From NCBI GenBank assembly GCA_964016885.1, contig OZ024744.1, positions 70,556,001 to 70,620,000 of the forward strand: a stretch of 64,000 nt of DNA. Direction: 5' to 3'. The notes under the pieces are model-generated. The model saw only the letters and a list, made by a program, of their open reading frames with translations. It did no database searches and was not told the origin of the DNA. Positions 14,468 through 29,478 of this stretch are shown in pieces. Both the position numbers and the translations under genes were made by a program. The first letter of the stretch is position 1, and every line of letters begins with the position of its first letter. The stretch is from Eledone cirrhosa (lineage: Eukaryota).

Positions 14468-14765
14468 GGAAAAAATGAAACGAAATTTCATTTCCCACTC
14501 CCAGTACGGCTGTTACTTAAATACAAGTATGTACACGTACGTACATATATGTATACAGACGTACAGTAGTATGTATATATATATATATACATATATGCAC
14601 ACATATATATATGTACGTATGGATTCACCGAACATTTATTATAATGCTCGGTGTGTTTGTAAACAAACATCCTGTACTAAGCCGTAGTGTCTAGCAACCA
14701 TCGTTGCTCGTTTGTTCAACACTATATATATATATATAGTATGTATGTATGTATATTCTTATATG

Positions 14766-14796
<31 letters not shown>

Positions 14797-14993
14797 ATTT
14801 CCTTTTCTCACTAGTCAGTTCTTTCGTTGCTACAGATCAGGCGGCTGAATTAGCGGTCGCTATTTTCAATTTGCAAAGCCCTTTAAACTGTATGTTATTA
14901 CTCTGAGGTCTATTCCTGGTCGAGTGCTTGGCTGCACTGCTGAAGGCATTCGTTGGCTTAGCTGCTGATCGAACTTCGAATATGCTGTACTAT

Positions 14994-15075
<82 letters not shown>

Positions 15076-15264
15076 AAGTTAATATATCACCGGAGGTACT
15101 ATGTACCCCTGGAAATATATAGGGTGTCTATGGTACCGTGGTTGTTCTATGGTACTAATTTGACATACCAGAACTATAAAATTGAGATAAGCGGAGCAAG
15201 CAAGATTCAAACAATTTTTTAAAATAAATTAAAAAATATAATTTAAATATTTACCTATTCTAAT

Positions 15265-15348
15265 TGCTTTTACCGAACGGTTTCACTTCACAAAAGATTG
15301 GAGATCCCTAGGGACCTCCAATGGAAAAGTTTAGATCATCAGAAAGCA
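15265..15348 (-). ncRNA. Type I hammerhead ribozyme with long stem II
   Basis: tgcttt-CTGATGA-..attggaggtccc ta gggatctccaat..-GAAA-ccg tt cgg-TA-aaagca: 6-bp stem I, GUA triplet. Confidence 0.7.
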
Positions 15349-15606
15349 TTTCCCTTTCCTAGGACAGAAAGTCCCAGGAACGGCAAAATATATTGCCATC
15401 TGCCAGCCAGCAGAGGATCGAATGGGGCCGAAAATTTGACCTATGCGTGAACCATATAAAGTCTGTCTTAAGCCAGAAGGCTCATTTGGCCGGTACTTAT
15501 CCCGGTTTCATGGCGTGAAGCGACTGAAAGTACAAGACCCCCCCCCCCTGGACAGGACGCCAGTCCATCGCAGGGTTAAACCTCCAACTATTGCTATGCA
15601 TACATA

Positions 15607-15685
<79 letters not shown>

Positions 15686-16283
15686 TATCGAGAATCGCAT
15701 TTCGGCCCACGAAATAACGAAAAACAACCTCCGAGATGTGTGGAAAGTGCTCAATGATTTAGATGAACCAGAGCTATAACAAACGTTAAAGGCCAAACAC
15801 ACTGAGACGATGGTTAAACAATCATTCGCATAGCCAAAAAAACGATCAAGTAATTCGGGTCACACAAATAAAAAATATCTGTGATTGAAAATTTACCCGT
15901 ACCCCTGGAAGGTTGGTAAAATCCAGCATTTGGGTTTCTGCGGCTCCTAAATCAATTACTGTCCGCTTACATAAATAATGTTAGGCTTCTGGTAAGATGA
16001 TTGCACAAGGAAGCCACTTTCTCAACAGGTTTTAGTTCAATGTTAATACAAGGACTGACTATTACTGACCCCACGTGGGGATCAGCAAGGGAGGCAACCC
16101 CTATATCAGGCGAATGAATTCAGTTGTGTATGTTATTGCAAGAATGCAAAAACATCACAAATCGAATAGAGTTCTCAACAGAAGGGTTAAAATTAACATA
16201 AACCATTCATCAGTCAATAGAATCAACTAAAAAATCAAGAAAATTAACTGGTCAATAGCTAGAGTCTGGAGATTAATATAAAT

Positions 16284-16406
<123 letters not shown>

Positions 16407-16417
16407 TTATTTATATA

Positions 16418-17692
<1,275 letters not shown>

Positions 17693-17694
17693 TA

Positions 17695-17730
<36 letters not shown>

Positions 17731-17767
17731 AATCAGGAAAGAAGAGTGATACGGTTTGCTATACCCC

Positions 17768-17856
<89 letters not shown>

Positions 17857-17861
17857 TATAT

Positions 17862-17957
<96 letters not shown>

Positions 17958-18131
17958 ATATATATATGTAGGAGGTGAGTTTTATTGTAGTACAATAAAG
18001 CAATGCAGTTATCGGATAAGAAGCACTCTACAGTTTGTAGGACTGGAGTATACATAATATATAAGAACATATGTTGAGTTAAAACTGAACTATCCACAAG
18101 TGTTTTTTAACCTTCATATCATGTCTTCCTG

Positions 18132-18198
18132 TTTTATCTGATGAAAACACAAATATTATTGCATGATGATATTTGTTTTTGAAATGCGCATAATAAAA
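18132..18198 (+). ncRNA. Minimal type I hammerhead ribozyme with palindromic stem III
   Basis: ttttat-CTGATGA-aaacacaaatatt..atatttgttttt-GAA-ATGCGCAT-A-ataaaa. Confidence 0.8.
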
Positions 18199-18230
18199 TA
18201 CATGGAACTCTTTTAACCATCTTTTGTTCT

Positions 18231-18263
<33 letters not shown>

Positions 18264-18720
18264 GTAATAATAATAAATTTGAAGACTAAAATCGAAAGAG
18301 GGCTCGATAAGGATAAATATATATCAAATATATAAGAACCGTAGAGCAAATATTTATTAAAATAACAGATTAAAGTTTAAGCAAAGAATCGCTGCTTTCA
18401 CCCTTAACGGGATCTTCTGAAGATCTCGTTAAGGGTGAAAGCACCGATTCTTTGCTTAAACTTTAATCTGTTATTTTAATATATATATATAGATAGATAG
18501 ATAGATTTCTTTATTTACCATAAAGGCATAAAAAGAAGGGACAAATACAAAGGGGGAGTTTACATATAATCGAGTAAAAAGGGTGTAACATGAAAATAAT
18601 CGAAAATAACCTCAAAAGGGAGGGGACGTGATGGGGGTTGCACACACCCCCGAAAAAGTGTGCAATCCTTTGCCCGGGGAGCACATGGAGAAGGTGCTCC
18701 CCTCTCCTTTACTTCTTTAC

Positions 18721-21700
18721 CTACAGGATGGTATACAGAGAAGGCCCATTTACACGAGCCATTCTCGCCACTATCACCCACCTTTCATAAAACTGCCTGT
18801 GGCCAAGCACCTCTCTCTCCATTCTTATCCTTCTTCCGAAGTGATATCGGAAGAAGTAGACCAGACTATGGCCAGAGAGGAAGTTGCCTGACCTCAGACC
18901 TTTCAATCGTGTCCACCAAACAACCTCTTTCAACATGGCTATTACGCACAGAAAAACCGCCTTTGCTTCCTTTGTGAAGAGGGGAGGCGGTTTGATTGTC
19001 ATCACGGACTCGGCGCCACCCGCGACAGCAGTTGTTCGGCGTAGCCCCACAGATCAGCCACGCCCGGACATTGCACCAATGCGTGCGCTACGGTTTCTTC
19101 GTGACGCACGTATCTAGGGCAAATCTCTTTTGAGGGATCCCTGCCCGGGCGCCCGTGTCTGTAGAGCCTCTCTCGAACGGGTAGAGCCCCTCGGTAGCAC
19201 TGCCAGGCCAGTGACTTCTGGAAGTTGTCCATTGGTCCTGGGCCGAAAGTCCTACCGAACAGGCTGGCCAGTTCGTCTTCTTCCATGTCCAGCGACTCTC
19301 CAAGGGTGTCATCGCCCCTGCTAGCCACCAGCCCTCTATAGAATGATGAGGTGGATTCTCCACCGATGGCCTGGCCCGCTTGCCAGAGAGCCCTGAGCGC
19401 CTGAGCACACTCAGTGTGCCAGTCTCCCAGTTTTCCGGATCTTTGCTTGACCCAGGACTGTAGCTCGGTGAGTGAGACGAGTCTCGGAAAGGCTCGTTTC
19501 ACGAACGGAGCCCACACCGGTTGACCAGTGAGGAATACCTGTAGGTGCCGTAGCCTTAATGCGTGCCTACGCATCATCAACCACGGCATCCCCAGCCCTC
19601 CTTTCGAAGGTTGTTGGCAGCAGATGGATCTTCTCACCATAGGAGGACGCTTCTTCCAAAGAAATTGGAAGAGCATGCGTTCCATGGTGGTGAGTGTTTC
19701 CTTAGGGCAAGGCACGACAGTCAGGCGGTAGTAAGTGACGGACGCTATGTAAATGTTCACCACCTCCGCCCGGCCTTTTAGGGACAGCTTACACTTGGCC
19801 CATTTCTGGGTTAGTGCAAACACCTTGTTCGTAACCTCGTTCCAGTTCTTTTCCACCTGGAGGTCCGGTCCAAACCAGACCCCAAGCAACTTTATCGGGC
19901 CCTCCGTCCAGTGTCCGACGACACCGTCAGGAGGCATCGGTTTGCCTCTCCACGTTCCGAGTTGCAGCCCGATGGATTTTTCCCGGTTCAGTTTCGCTCC
20001 TGACAACCTTTCGTACTCCTCCAGTAAGGTACCGATCGCCTCGATCTCCGAGTCGGTTGATACCATTACTGTTACGTCATCGGCGTAGGCCGACACCGCT
20101 TTGCTCAATCCTGGTTCCAGGGGGATACCCTGCAACAACTCCAACTTCCTCAGTAAAGGCTCGAGAGTCAATACGTACAGAAGGGAGGAGAGAGGGCACC
20201 CCTGTCGAATGGATCGTGTGATTTCGAACGGCTTCGAAAGGTAGCCGTTCACCTTGATCCTAGAACAGATGTGGTTGCTATGTAGGGCAGTGATCCAGCC
20301 TCTGAAAACAGGACCGAACCCAGCCGCCGCTAGCACCGCATCCAGGTAACCATGGTCGACCCTATCGAAGGCCTTAGACTGATCCAAGTTGATCAGGACC
20401 CCACCGAAGCCGGGTTTGTTGCCAACCCTCTCTATGATGTATCGCATGAGGTGGAGGTTATCGTGAATGGACCTGGATGGGATAGCACATGTCTGCGCAT
20501 CTCCCACCAGGCCACCCACGACAAGCGCCAACCTCTTTGCTAACACCTTGGCCAAAATCTTTAACTCTGTGTTTAGCAGGGTTATGGGCCGAAAATTATT
20601 TATACTATCCCCCTTGTTCTCGTCCTTCCTCACCAGCGTGACTGCGCCCTTGGCTACAGAACAAGGAATTCTCCCGTTCTGCTGCCAATTGCAGTAGACC
20701 GCTTCGAGGAGTTCGGAGAAGAAGACCGGCATTGCTAAATAAAGTTCGTAAGGTATACCATCGAGACCTGGAGATTTGCGTCTGCTGCATTGGCTCAGCG
20801 CATCTCCGATCTCATCAGCCGATATTGGTCCCTCGCAGGACTCTGCCTCTTCGTTCGAGAGACGCGGCAGGCCGTCGAGGTATGGACCAAAATCCACACC
20901 CCGGCCCGGACCCTCGCCTCCCCCGAACAATCGGGCAAAGTGCTTTTGAAAGGCCTCGCACATCTGCTTAGGCTCCCGGATCACTCGTCCATCTTCGTCT
21001 TGCAACGACCGGATGGTGGATCGATTTCCACTCTTAGCTTCTGTCACGCGGGCCCATCCAACGGCTTTGGCCCCCTCATTACCTAGAGCACGTATTTTAC
21101 TTCGAATGACGCAGCCTTCGTGCTTTGCATCGAAAAACTGGTTCAAGGCCGTCCTCGATGCCAGCACTCTGGCCACATCTTCGCTCTTGATTGCCTCTTC
21201 TAATTTACCTGTTAATTCTTTCTCGTTTCTATTCCTATCGGCAGCTAACATCTTGCTATAACTTATTGATTCTGTTCTAATCTCTCTTTTGAGAGATGCC
21301 CACCATCGGTTGTTGACGATTGCACCCGTCAACCTCTCCTTAACTAATCTGCTAATCCGGTTTCTGTAAGTCTCTTTTGCCGGTAAAGACAAATTAAGTT
21401 TCCAGTAACCGGGACCCTGTCTATGTGTTTTCTCGAGATTGACCACGCAGGTCACTAATTTGTGATCCGTGTAGCCAACCGTGCGCATTTCTGGACAGCT
21501 TAATATGTCCCTATCCTTACTTCTAACTAAGAATCTATCTAAGTACGATCTAGATTGACCACTGTGGTTTCTCCAAGTCCAGGTAGGCACAGTTGGAAAA
21601 TCTAGTCGATATCTATCGACCAAGTTAAAACGGTCGAGTAACCCATTGAGGCTGTTACACCCCCCTCTATTAGGACATGCTCCTGCATAGTCCCAACGTG

Positions 21701-22142
21701 CATCCAGGATGTCATTCCAATCCCCCGCTAGAAGCAGGGAACGCGACGTTCCCAGAAAAGTCTCCAAACGCTGGAAGAAGTCGGGCCGTTCAGCTCCGAA
21801 AGGGGAGTAGACGGCGACCAGTCTCAAGGCCGCACTTTCACTACTGCCAACGTCTAGCACCAACAAACGACCCTCCGGGTCCGAGTGCACAACCTGTACG
21901 GCAAGACCCAGGTGTTTTTGCAGCAGTACGACAACCCCACCCCCACCTCCAGGTTGACAGAGAGATGCATGCACCTCAAAGTCATCGAAGGTGGGGGCCA
22001 GCTGCCGCACGGCGCTGATTCGAGTCTCACAGATAACCATTACATTTATACTACATGACCTGAGGTCATTTAGAAGCTTTGCTTGCTTCCAAGTTGAGCC
22101 CAGGCCACGTGCATTCAAACATCCTACTCTTAACACATCCAT
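18721..22142 (-). pseudogene. LINE ORF2 (AP endonuclease, RT YADD), frameshifted near C-terminus
   Basis: LNARGL, GDWN, YLDRF, TDH, QGCPLS and YADD motifs. A 16-bp deletion at ~19015 relative to copy 2 shifts the last ~95 aa into ORF 18721-19050. Confidence 0.92.
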
Positions 22143-22175
22143 GTTGGCGGCAGAGCCAAAGGAGAGTGTAGAGAC

Positions 22176-23864
22176 CTACCTTTCCGCTTCCCGGGGTTCG
22201 GGTTGCACGACTTCCATGGGGTCGGGGGTGTTGGGTGAAGGGGTGTCTTGTGGTGGTGTGGGGTCGTCAGTGTGTGGTGGAGTTGGGGTGTTTGGAGTTG
22301 TGTTGGGGAGGGGAAGGGGAGGGGGAAAGCTTTTTAGTAGGACGCGGTTTATGGGTTTGACAGAGGGTGGTCCTACGTCCTCCTTAAAATCCTTTTTTAG
22401 TTTTTGGTAGAGGTTCATTGGGATTTTTATTAGTTTTAAATGTGGGTGGTTTTCTGACGAAACAAAGTTTACACCTTCGGTTTGTACCGAAGGATTATTG
22501 TATATGAGTTCATTTAATTTATTGTTGTTTCTGTTGATGTAAGTATAGTGTAATGTCTTTTTTTCCGATGGTGTGAGTGTTTCGAAGAGGGGAGGGGCAG
22601 GTTTGGTTTTGTTTGTTGCTGGAGGGGTGTTTTCTGTTTTGTTGGATTGTGTTGCGATTTGGGTGGGGGTTGTTTGTACTTGTGTGTTTTGCACATGTTT
22701 TCTTTTTTTCCTTTTAATCTGTCTGAAGGACTCCGTTTCTTCCTCCGAATTCGTTGGGTTATCTTCAGTGTTGGAGGGAAGAGGTATGTTTGCTGGTAAT
22801 GTTTCCGTGTTGGTTTTCTTTGTGGGGGAGATGGATGTCACTATGTTAGACTGTGTTGTGTGTTGTGTCTGCGGTGGTTGTGTTGTTTTATTGAGTGAGA
22901 GGTTGGGTGGGCCTGTATTTTGTTTTGGGGTAATGTGTTGTGACTGTTTGTGTTGTGGTGGTGTTGTGGTTTTACTGAGGGACGGGTTGTGTGGGACTGA
23001 GTTTTGTTGTTTGTTTATCTGTTGTGGTGGTGGTGGTGGAGCTGGTGTTGGTAGCAGGGTTTTCTTTTTGTTGAGTTGGGGACAAGCGGCCTTCAGGTGC
23101 CCTCTGCCTGCACAGATATGGCAGGACGGCCTTCTCCCCTCCACGCTAATGTTTATATACCCGTGGTCCTCTAATAGGATTCTGTCGGGTATTTGGGCGA
23201 TGCGTTCAGGCTTCATTTGTACTACCAGCTCTATACCTGTTCCACTGAACGCATTGCCTGTGGTTTTCCCAATGGAAATCACGTTGTCATTCACTGGATC
23301 GATGAAACCAGCTATGAGCCAGCAGTAGTCCACATCTGGCATCATTGCATCCAGCCATATGCGTTGAGTTCTTTTCCCCATATAAGATGGATAAAAGGTG
23401 AAATTTTTCGAACGAATCGGTGACAAAGCACATTTTTTTGCCGCCGATTCGTTCTTCATGATAATTGCTAGGCTTCCATACAATCTGTCTTTTCTTATGA
23501 AAGTTGTTTCATTCAGTACTTCTGTGAGTACTGTTTTGATATCTGCTTGAGAAGGCTGTTCAGGTTTTTTTGTACTGTTGTTGATGGTCCGAAACTTGAC
23601 CGTTCGGCTTTCAATGTCTTTCGTGAATTCTTGAGGCATTTTTACCGATAAAATACCATTCTCACCTTCACTTATGTATTGTTTGGCATCCGTGATCCTT
23701 CGTACCACATCTGAAATGTTTTCCGCTATATAAGTCAAAGATTTCTTTGTTTTCTGTGCAAATGAAATCTTGTCGTCTGCTTTGTTTTCTGATATGGTGT
23801 TATTTTCAACTGTTATTTTTTTGTTTGTTGTGTCTTTGTTTGTGTTATTAGTATTGTCATGCAA
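22176..23864 (-). CDS. LINE ORF1 protein (zinc knuckle CHICAGRGHLKAAC, Pro/Thr/Gln-rich tail)
   Basis: 562-aa open frame ending 33 bp before ORF2. 23869-24078 may be an N-terminal extension shifted at a homopolymer. Confidence 0.85.
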   Translation of the reverse strand: MHDNTNNTNKDTTNKKITVENNTISENKADDKISFAQKTKKSLTYIAENISDVVRRITDAKQYISEGENGILSVKMPQEFTKDIESRTVKFRTINNSTKKPEQPSQADIKTVLTEVLNETTFIRKDRLYGSLAIIMKNESAAKKCALSPIRSKNFTFYPSYMGKRTQRIWLDAMMPDVDYCWLIAGFIDPVNDNVISIGKTTGNAFSGTGIELVVQMKPERIAQIPDRILLEDHGYINISVEGRRPSCHICAGRGHLKAACPQLNKKKTLLPTPAPPPPPQQINKQQNSVPHNPSLSKTTTPPQHKQSQHITPKQNTGPPNLSLNKTTQPPQTQHTTQSNIVTSISPTKKTNTETLPANIPLPSNTEDNPTNSEEETESFRQIKRKKRKHVQNTQVQTTPTQIATQSNKTENTPPATNKTKPAPPLFETLTPSEKKTLHYTYINRNNNKLNELIYNNPSVQTEGVNFVSSENHPHLKLIKIPMNLYQKLKKDFKEDVGPPSVKPINRVLLKSFPPPLPLPNTTPNTPTPPHTDDPTPPQDTPSPNTPDPMEVVQPEPREAER

Positions 23865-24318
23865 TTTTTCAAATTTTTTTTTTTTCGTTGTTGGAATCCA
23901 AGTCCAGATTTATGTTTTCGTCATTTAATTTTTTCTCCGCAGATTCGTCCGTTTTTATTTTAATTTTTCCTTCCTTCTCTATGACGTTAGTTGGGAAGGA
24001 AGGGAGGACTAAAGCGTGCGAGCTTACGACTCTTACCGCTGTCCCCCCACCACTATTTTCGTTCGCTGCGTTTAACATTTCTGTTAGACGATTGAAATTT
24101 TTTACACAAAATTTTTTAAAACAGGTTTTTCACCTCTAGGAGGGGTAAAGATGAGCTGACCCACCGCCTGACAGTTCAGACGGAGGGTCAAGCTACACAA
24201 TTGTATCAAAATTAAGTTTGAACTCACAAAATTTCCTCAATAAATTTGAACAAAACTTCTGTGCGAAGTGAATGACATCCACACTGTAGAACAGACGACA
24301 GCTAGATTGTATATATAT

Positions 24319-24367
<49 letters not shown>

Positions 24368-24368
<1 letters not shown>

Positions 24369-26596
24369 TTCTTTATTTACCATAAAGGCATAAAAAGAAG
24401 GGACAAATACAAAAGGGGAGTTTACATATAATCGAGTAAAAAGGGTGTAACATGAAAATAATCGAAAATAACCTCAAAAGGGAGGGGACGTGATGGGGGT
24501 TGCACACACCCCCGAAAAAGTGTGCAATCCTTTGCCCGGGGAGCACATGGAGAAGGTGCTCCCCTCTCCTTTACTTCTTTACCTACAGGATGGTATACAG
24601 AGAAGGCCCATTTACACGAGCCATTCTCGCCACTATCACCCACCTTTCATAAAACTGCCTGTGGCCAAGCACCTCTCTCTCCATTCTTATCCTTCTTCCG
24701 AAGTGATATCGGAAGAAGTAGACCAGACTATGGCCAGAGAGGAAGTTGCCTGACCTCAGACCTTTCAATCGTGTCCACCAAACAACCTCTTTCAACATGG
24801 CTATTACGCACAGAAAAACCGCCTTTGCTTCCTTTGTGAAGAGGGGAGACGGTTTGATTGTCATCACGGACTCGGCGGTCAATTTAATCGGCGCCACCCG
24901 CGACAGCAGTTGTTCGGCGTAGCCCCACAGATCAGCCACGCCCGGACATTGCACCAATGCGTGCGCCACGGTTTCTTCGTGACGCACGCATCTAGGGCAA
25001 ATCTTTTTTGAGGGATCCCTGCCCGGGCGCCCGTGTCTGTAGAGCCTCTCTCGAACGGGTAGAGCCCCTCGGTAGCACTGCCAGGCCAGTGACTTCTGGA
25101 AGTTGTCCATTGGTCCTGGGCCGAAAGTCCTACCGAACAGGCTGGCCAGTTCGTCTTCTTCCATGTCCAGCGACTCTCCAAGGGTGTCATCGCCCCTGCT
25201 AGCCACCAGCCCTCTATAGAATGATGAGGTGGATTCTCCACCGATGGCCCGGCCCGCTTGCCAGAGAGCCCTGAGTGCCTGAGCACACTCAGTGTGCCAG
25301 TCTCCCAGTTTTCCGGATCTTTGCTTGACCCAGGACTGTAGCTCGGTGAGTGAGACGAGTCTCGGAAAGGCTCGTTTCACGAACGGAGCCCACACCGGTT
25401 GACCAGTGAGGAATACCTGTAGGTGCCGTAGCCTTAATGCGTGCCTACGCATCATCAACCACGGCATCCCCAGCCCTCCTTTCGAAGGTTGTTGGCAGCA
25501 GATGGATCTTCTCACCATAGGAGGACGCTTCTTCCAAAGAAATTGGAAGAGCATGCGTTCCATGGTGGTGAGTGTTTCCTTAGGGCAAGGCACGACAGTC
25601 AGGCGGTAGTAAGTGACGGACGCTATGTAAATGTTCGCCACCTCCGCCCGGCCTTTTAGGGACAGCTTACACTTGGCCCATTTCTGGGTTAGTGCAAACA
25701 CCTTGTTCGTAACCTCGTTCCAGTTCTTTTCCACCTGGAGGTCCGGTCCAAACCAGACCCCAAGCAACTTTACCGGGCCCTCCGTCCAGTGTCCGACGAC
25801 ACCGTCAGGAGGCATCGGTTTGCCTCTCCACGTTCCGAGTTGCAGCCCGATGGATTTTTCCCGGTTCAGTTTCGCTCCTGACAACCTTTCGTACTCCTCC
25901 AGTAAGGTACCGATCGCCTCGATCTCCGAGTCGGTTGATACCATTACTGTTACGTCATCGGCGTAGGCCGACACCGCTTTGCTCAATCCTGGTTCCAGGG
26001 GGATACCCTGCAACAACTCCAACTTCCTCAGTAAAGGCTCGAGAGTCAATACGTACAGAAGGGAGGAGAGAGGGCACCCCTGTCGAATGGATCGTGTGAT
26101 TTCGAACGGCTTCGAAAGGTAGCCGTTCACCTTGATCCTAGAACAGATGTGGTTGCTATGTAGGGCAGTGATCCAGCCTCTGAAAACAGGACCGAACCCA
26201 GCCGCCGCTAGCACCGCATCCAGGTAACCATGGTCGACCCTATCGAAGGCCTTAGACTGATCCAAGTTGATCAGGGCTCCACCGAAGCCGGGTTTGTTGC
26301 CAACCCTCTCTATGATGTATCGCATGAGGTGGAGGTTATCGTGAATGGACCTGGATGGGATAGCACATGTCTGCGCATCTCCCACCAGGCCACCCACGAC
26401 AAGCGCCAACCTCTTTGCTAACACCTTGGCCAAAATCTTTAACTCTGTGTTTAGCAGGGTTATGGGCCGAAAATTATTTATACTATCCCCCTTGTTCTCG
26501 TCCTTCCTCACCAGCGTGACTACGCCCTTGGCTACAGAACAAGGAATTCTCCCGTTCTGCTGCCAATTGCAGTAGACCGCTTCGAGGAGTTCGGAG
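24368..26596 (-). mobile_element. 5'-truncated copy of the same Tx1-like LINE (RT to 3' end, open frame)
   Basis: Near-identical to 18506-20717, with (GATA)n on both sides. Confidence 0.93.
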
Positions 26597-26620
26597 ATAG
26601 ATAGATAGATAGATAGATAT

Positions 26621-27185
26621 GTTTCTTTATTAGCCACAGGGGCACAACAGAAGGGGACAAATACAAAGGGGTAAGTTTACATACAATAAAAAAAACGTGT
26701 AAAATGTTATCACAAATGCAATTGAAAAAGTTAGTCGATTTTCCCCAATAGGGGGAGACAGTTCATATGGGTAACACATACCCCCGAAAAAATGTGCAAC
26801 CCTCAACTCCAGGAGTACGAAGAGTTTGTACTCCTTTCCTCTCCTCCTCCTTTTCCTCAACCTACAGGCTGATATAGAGAGAAGGCCCATTCACTCGAGC
26901 CATTCTCGCCACTTTCACCCACCTTTCATAAACTTGCTGGGGTACAGCACCTCTCTCTCCATCCTGATTCTTCTTCCAAAGTGGTATTTGAAAAAAAGAA
27001 TCAGTTGTTGGCCGGAGAGAAAGGTGTGTGACCTCAGCCATTTCAACCTTGTCCACCATACAACCTCTTTCGCCATAGCTATCACACAAAGGAAAACCGC
27101 CTCTCCTTCGTTTTTGAAGGAGGGTGGCGGTTTGATCATGACAATGGACTCGGTGGTCAACCGGATTGGTCCCACCCGCGACAAT
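26621..27185 (-). mobile_element. 5'-truncated Tx1-like LINE, related subfamily
   Basis: Diverged ORF2 C-terminus (SRVGPIRLTTES..WWTRLK) with a different 3' UTR, flanked by (GATA)n. Confidence 0.88.
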
Positions 27186-27187
27186 AA

Positions 27188-27265
<78 letters not shown>

Positions 27266-27278
27266 TAGATAGATAGAT

Positions 27279-27332
<54 letters not shown>

Positions 27333-27334
27333 TA

Positions 27335-27829
<495 letters not shown>

Positions 27830-28006
27830 CATATAGATATATATAATTCAAAATGTTAATAAATGAAAAATATTCTCATAATCAAAATATATATTTTATA
27901 CATATTTCAAAGGTACAATGGTGTTTAAGTACGTTTTCATCAGACAAAATAAAATACTGGAATTGAATAATCAAAACCGTAGCTGTATGTCACATATTAA
28001 ATCTTA

Positions 28007-28069
28007 TATTTTGTCTGATGAAAACGTACTTAAACACCATTGTACCTTTGAAATATGTATAATAAAATA
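28007..28069 (+). ncRNA. Minimal hammerhead ribozyme within fold-back 27844-28098
   Basis: tattttgt-CTGATGA-aaacgtac..gtaccttt-GAA-ATATGTAT-A-ataaaata. The mirror copy at ~27891-27951 lacks 3 nt at the cleavage site. Confidence 0.75.
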
Positions 28070-28484
28070 TATATTTTGATTATGAGAATATTTTTCATTT
28101 ATTAACATTTTGAATAATATTAAATACTCCAGGAAAATCTCTTGTCGAGTGCTTCTAATCTATTGTTCGTGATTAATCAACGAACCATATTAATCTTTGG
28201 TTATATATATAACAAACCTGGACCATCACTTCGATATTTTGCAATATCTCAGTTAGGTTTATATATGTGTGTGTATATATATATATATATGTAGATAATT
28301 ATTTCTGAAGACAGCATATATATGTGTAGGTATGTATATTGCCTCTGATAGTTTGTAAAAATTTTACATAGATCTATATGATATACATACCAACACAAAC
28401 ATATATATTCTAGAAACGATCGTAAAATGATGAATTTTTTAATATAAGGAACTGTTTCTTTGTTTTTATTCATTATTTTTATTA

Positions 28485-28533
<49 letters not shown>

Positions 28534-28569
28534 TAATAAATGGAAACTATATTTATAAGACCATAATAA

Positions 28570-28631
28570 TTTTATTATATATATTTCAAGGGCGACCAGG
28601 CCAATCTTGGTGCGCTTTCATCAGATAAAAT
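28570..28631 (-). ncRNA. Minimal hammerhead ribozyme
   Basis: attttat-CTGATGA-aagcgcacca..tggtcgccctt-GAA-ATATATAT-A-ataaaat. Confidence 0.72.
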
Positions 28632-28890
28632 ACAAAATTTGTTTTATAAATAGTGACATAACATTGACGGTTGAAAATTCGCTGGATAAATATAGTTTCC
28701 ATATAGTAATATATTGAATATTTACTCCAGTAATTAGTTGAGTGCTCTATATCAGTTATAAACTTTTAAGTTTGTTGGAATCCCAACAAATTAAATATAA
28801 CTTCTACATATATATATGTATATAGGAGAAAGTATGACCCCGACGGCAGAGCTCAAGCCGTTTCGACGGCTATTTCTGGACTAATATATA

Positions 28891-28947
<57 letters not shown>

Positions 28948-29128
28948 CTGTTTCTACTTTAGGCACAAGGCCAGCAATTACCCAGTGCATTACTGGTACT
29001 TTATTTTATCGACCCCGTAAGGATGAAAGGCAAAGTCAACCTCGGCGGGATTTGAACTCAGATCGTAAAGGGACGTAACTATGCTGGAAAGCATGGCGTC
29101 CGACCCTCTACTGATACTGCCAATCCAC
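28948..29128 (-). mobile_element. tRNA-derived SINE
   Basis: Same family as 1-530. Confidence 0.75.
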
Positions 29129-29197
29129 TGATTACTCAATGAATACAGTTTTACAATAGGTTTAAAGCACTCTACAGAAAGTTTTCTGGAGTAATTA

Positions 29198-29478
29198 ATA
29201 TTATTCAAAATATTAATAAATGAAGACATTCACTTAATCAAAATATATGTTTTATTATATATATTTCGAAGGTACTGTGCTGTTTTTTCAGTACGTCCTC
29301 GTCAGACTGCCAATACTGGAATTGAACCATCAAGACCGTTGAGGTATGTCATACATCAATTCATGTATTTTATCTGACGAGGACGTACTGAAAAAACAGC
29401 ACAGTACCTTCGAATTATATATAATAAAACATATGTTTTGATTATCTGAATGTCTTCATTTATTAATATTCTGAATAA
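29198..29478. repeat. Fold-back with hammerhead motifs on both arms (29250-29305 -, 29367-29429 +)
   Basis: CTGACGA-ggacgtactg..cagtaccttc-GAA(A/T)-tatatat-a-ataaaa. The arms are reverse complements. Confidence 0.75.

Larger units (their letters stand above)
18506..24306 (-). mobile_element. Full-length Tx1/L1-clade LINE
   Basis: 5' UTR, ORF1, ORF2 (APE+RT+CCHC), 3' UTR with AATAAA and an (ATCT)n tail. Confidence 0.93.

Noticed and set aside
22573-23328. 251-aa Cys/Gly/Val-rich ORF and other antisense ORFs over TE genes
   Set aside because: Shadow frames of LINE ORF1/ORF2 and Gypsy pol.
26597-26637. Apparent novel N-terminus (MANKETYLSIYLSI) on a 684-aa RT ORF
   Set aside because: Chance read-through from a GTG in the neighbouring element's 3' UTR across (TATC)n into a 5'-truncated ORF2.
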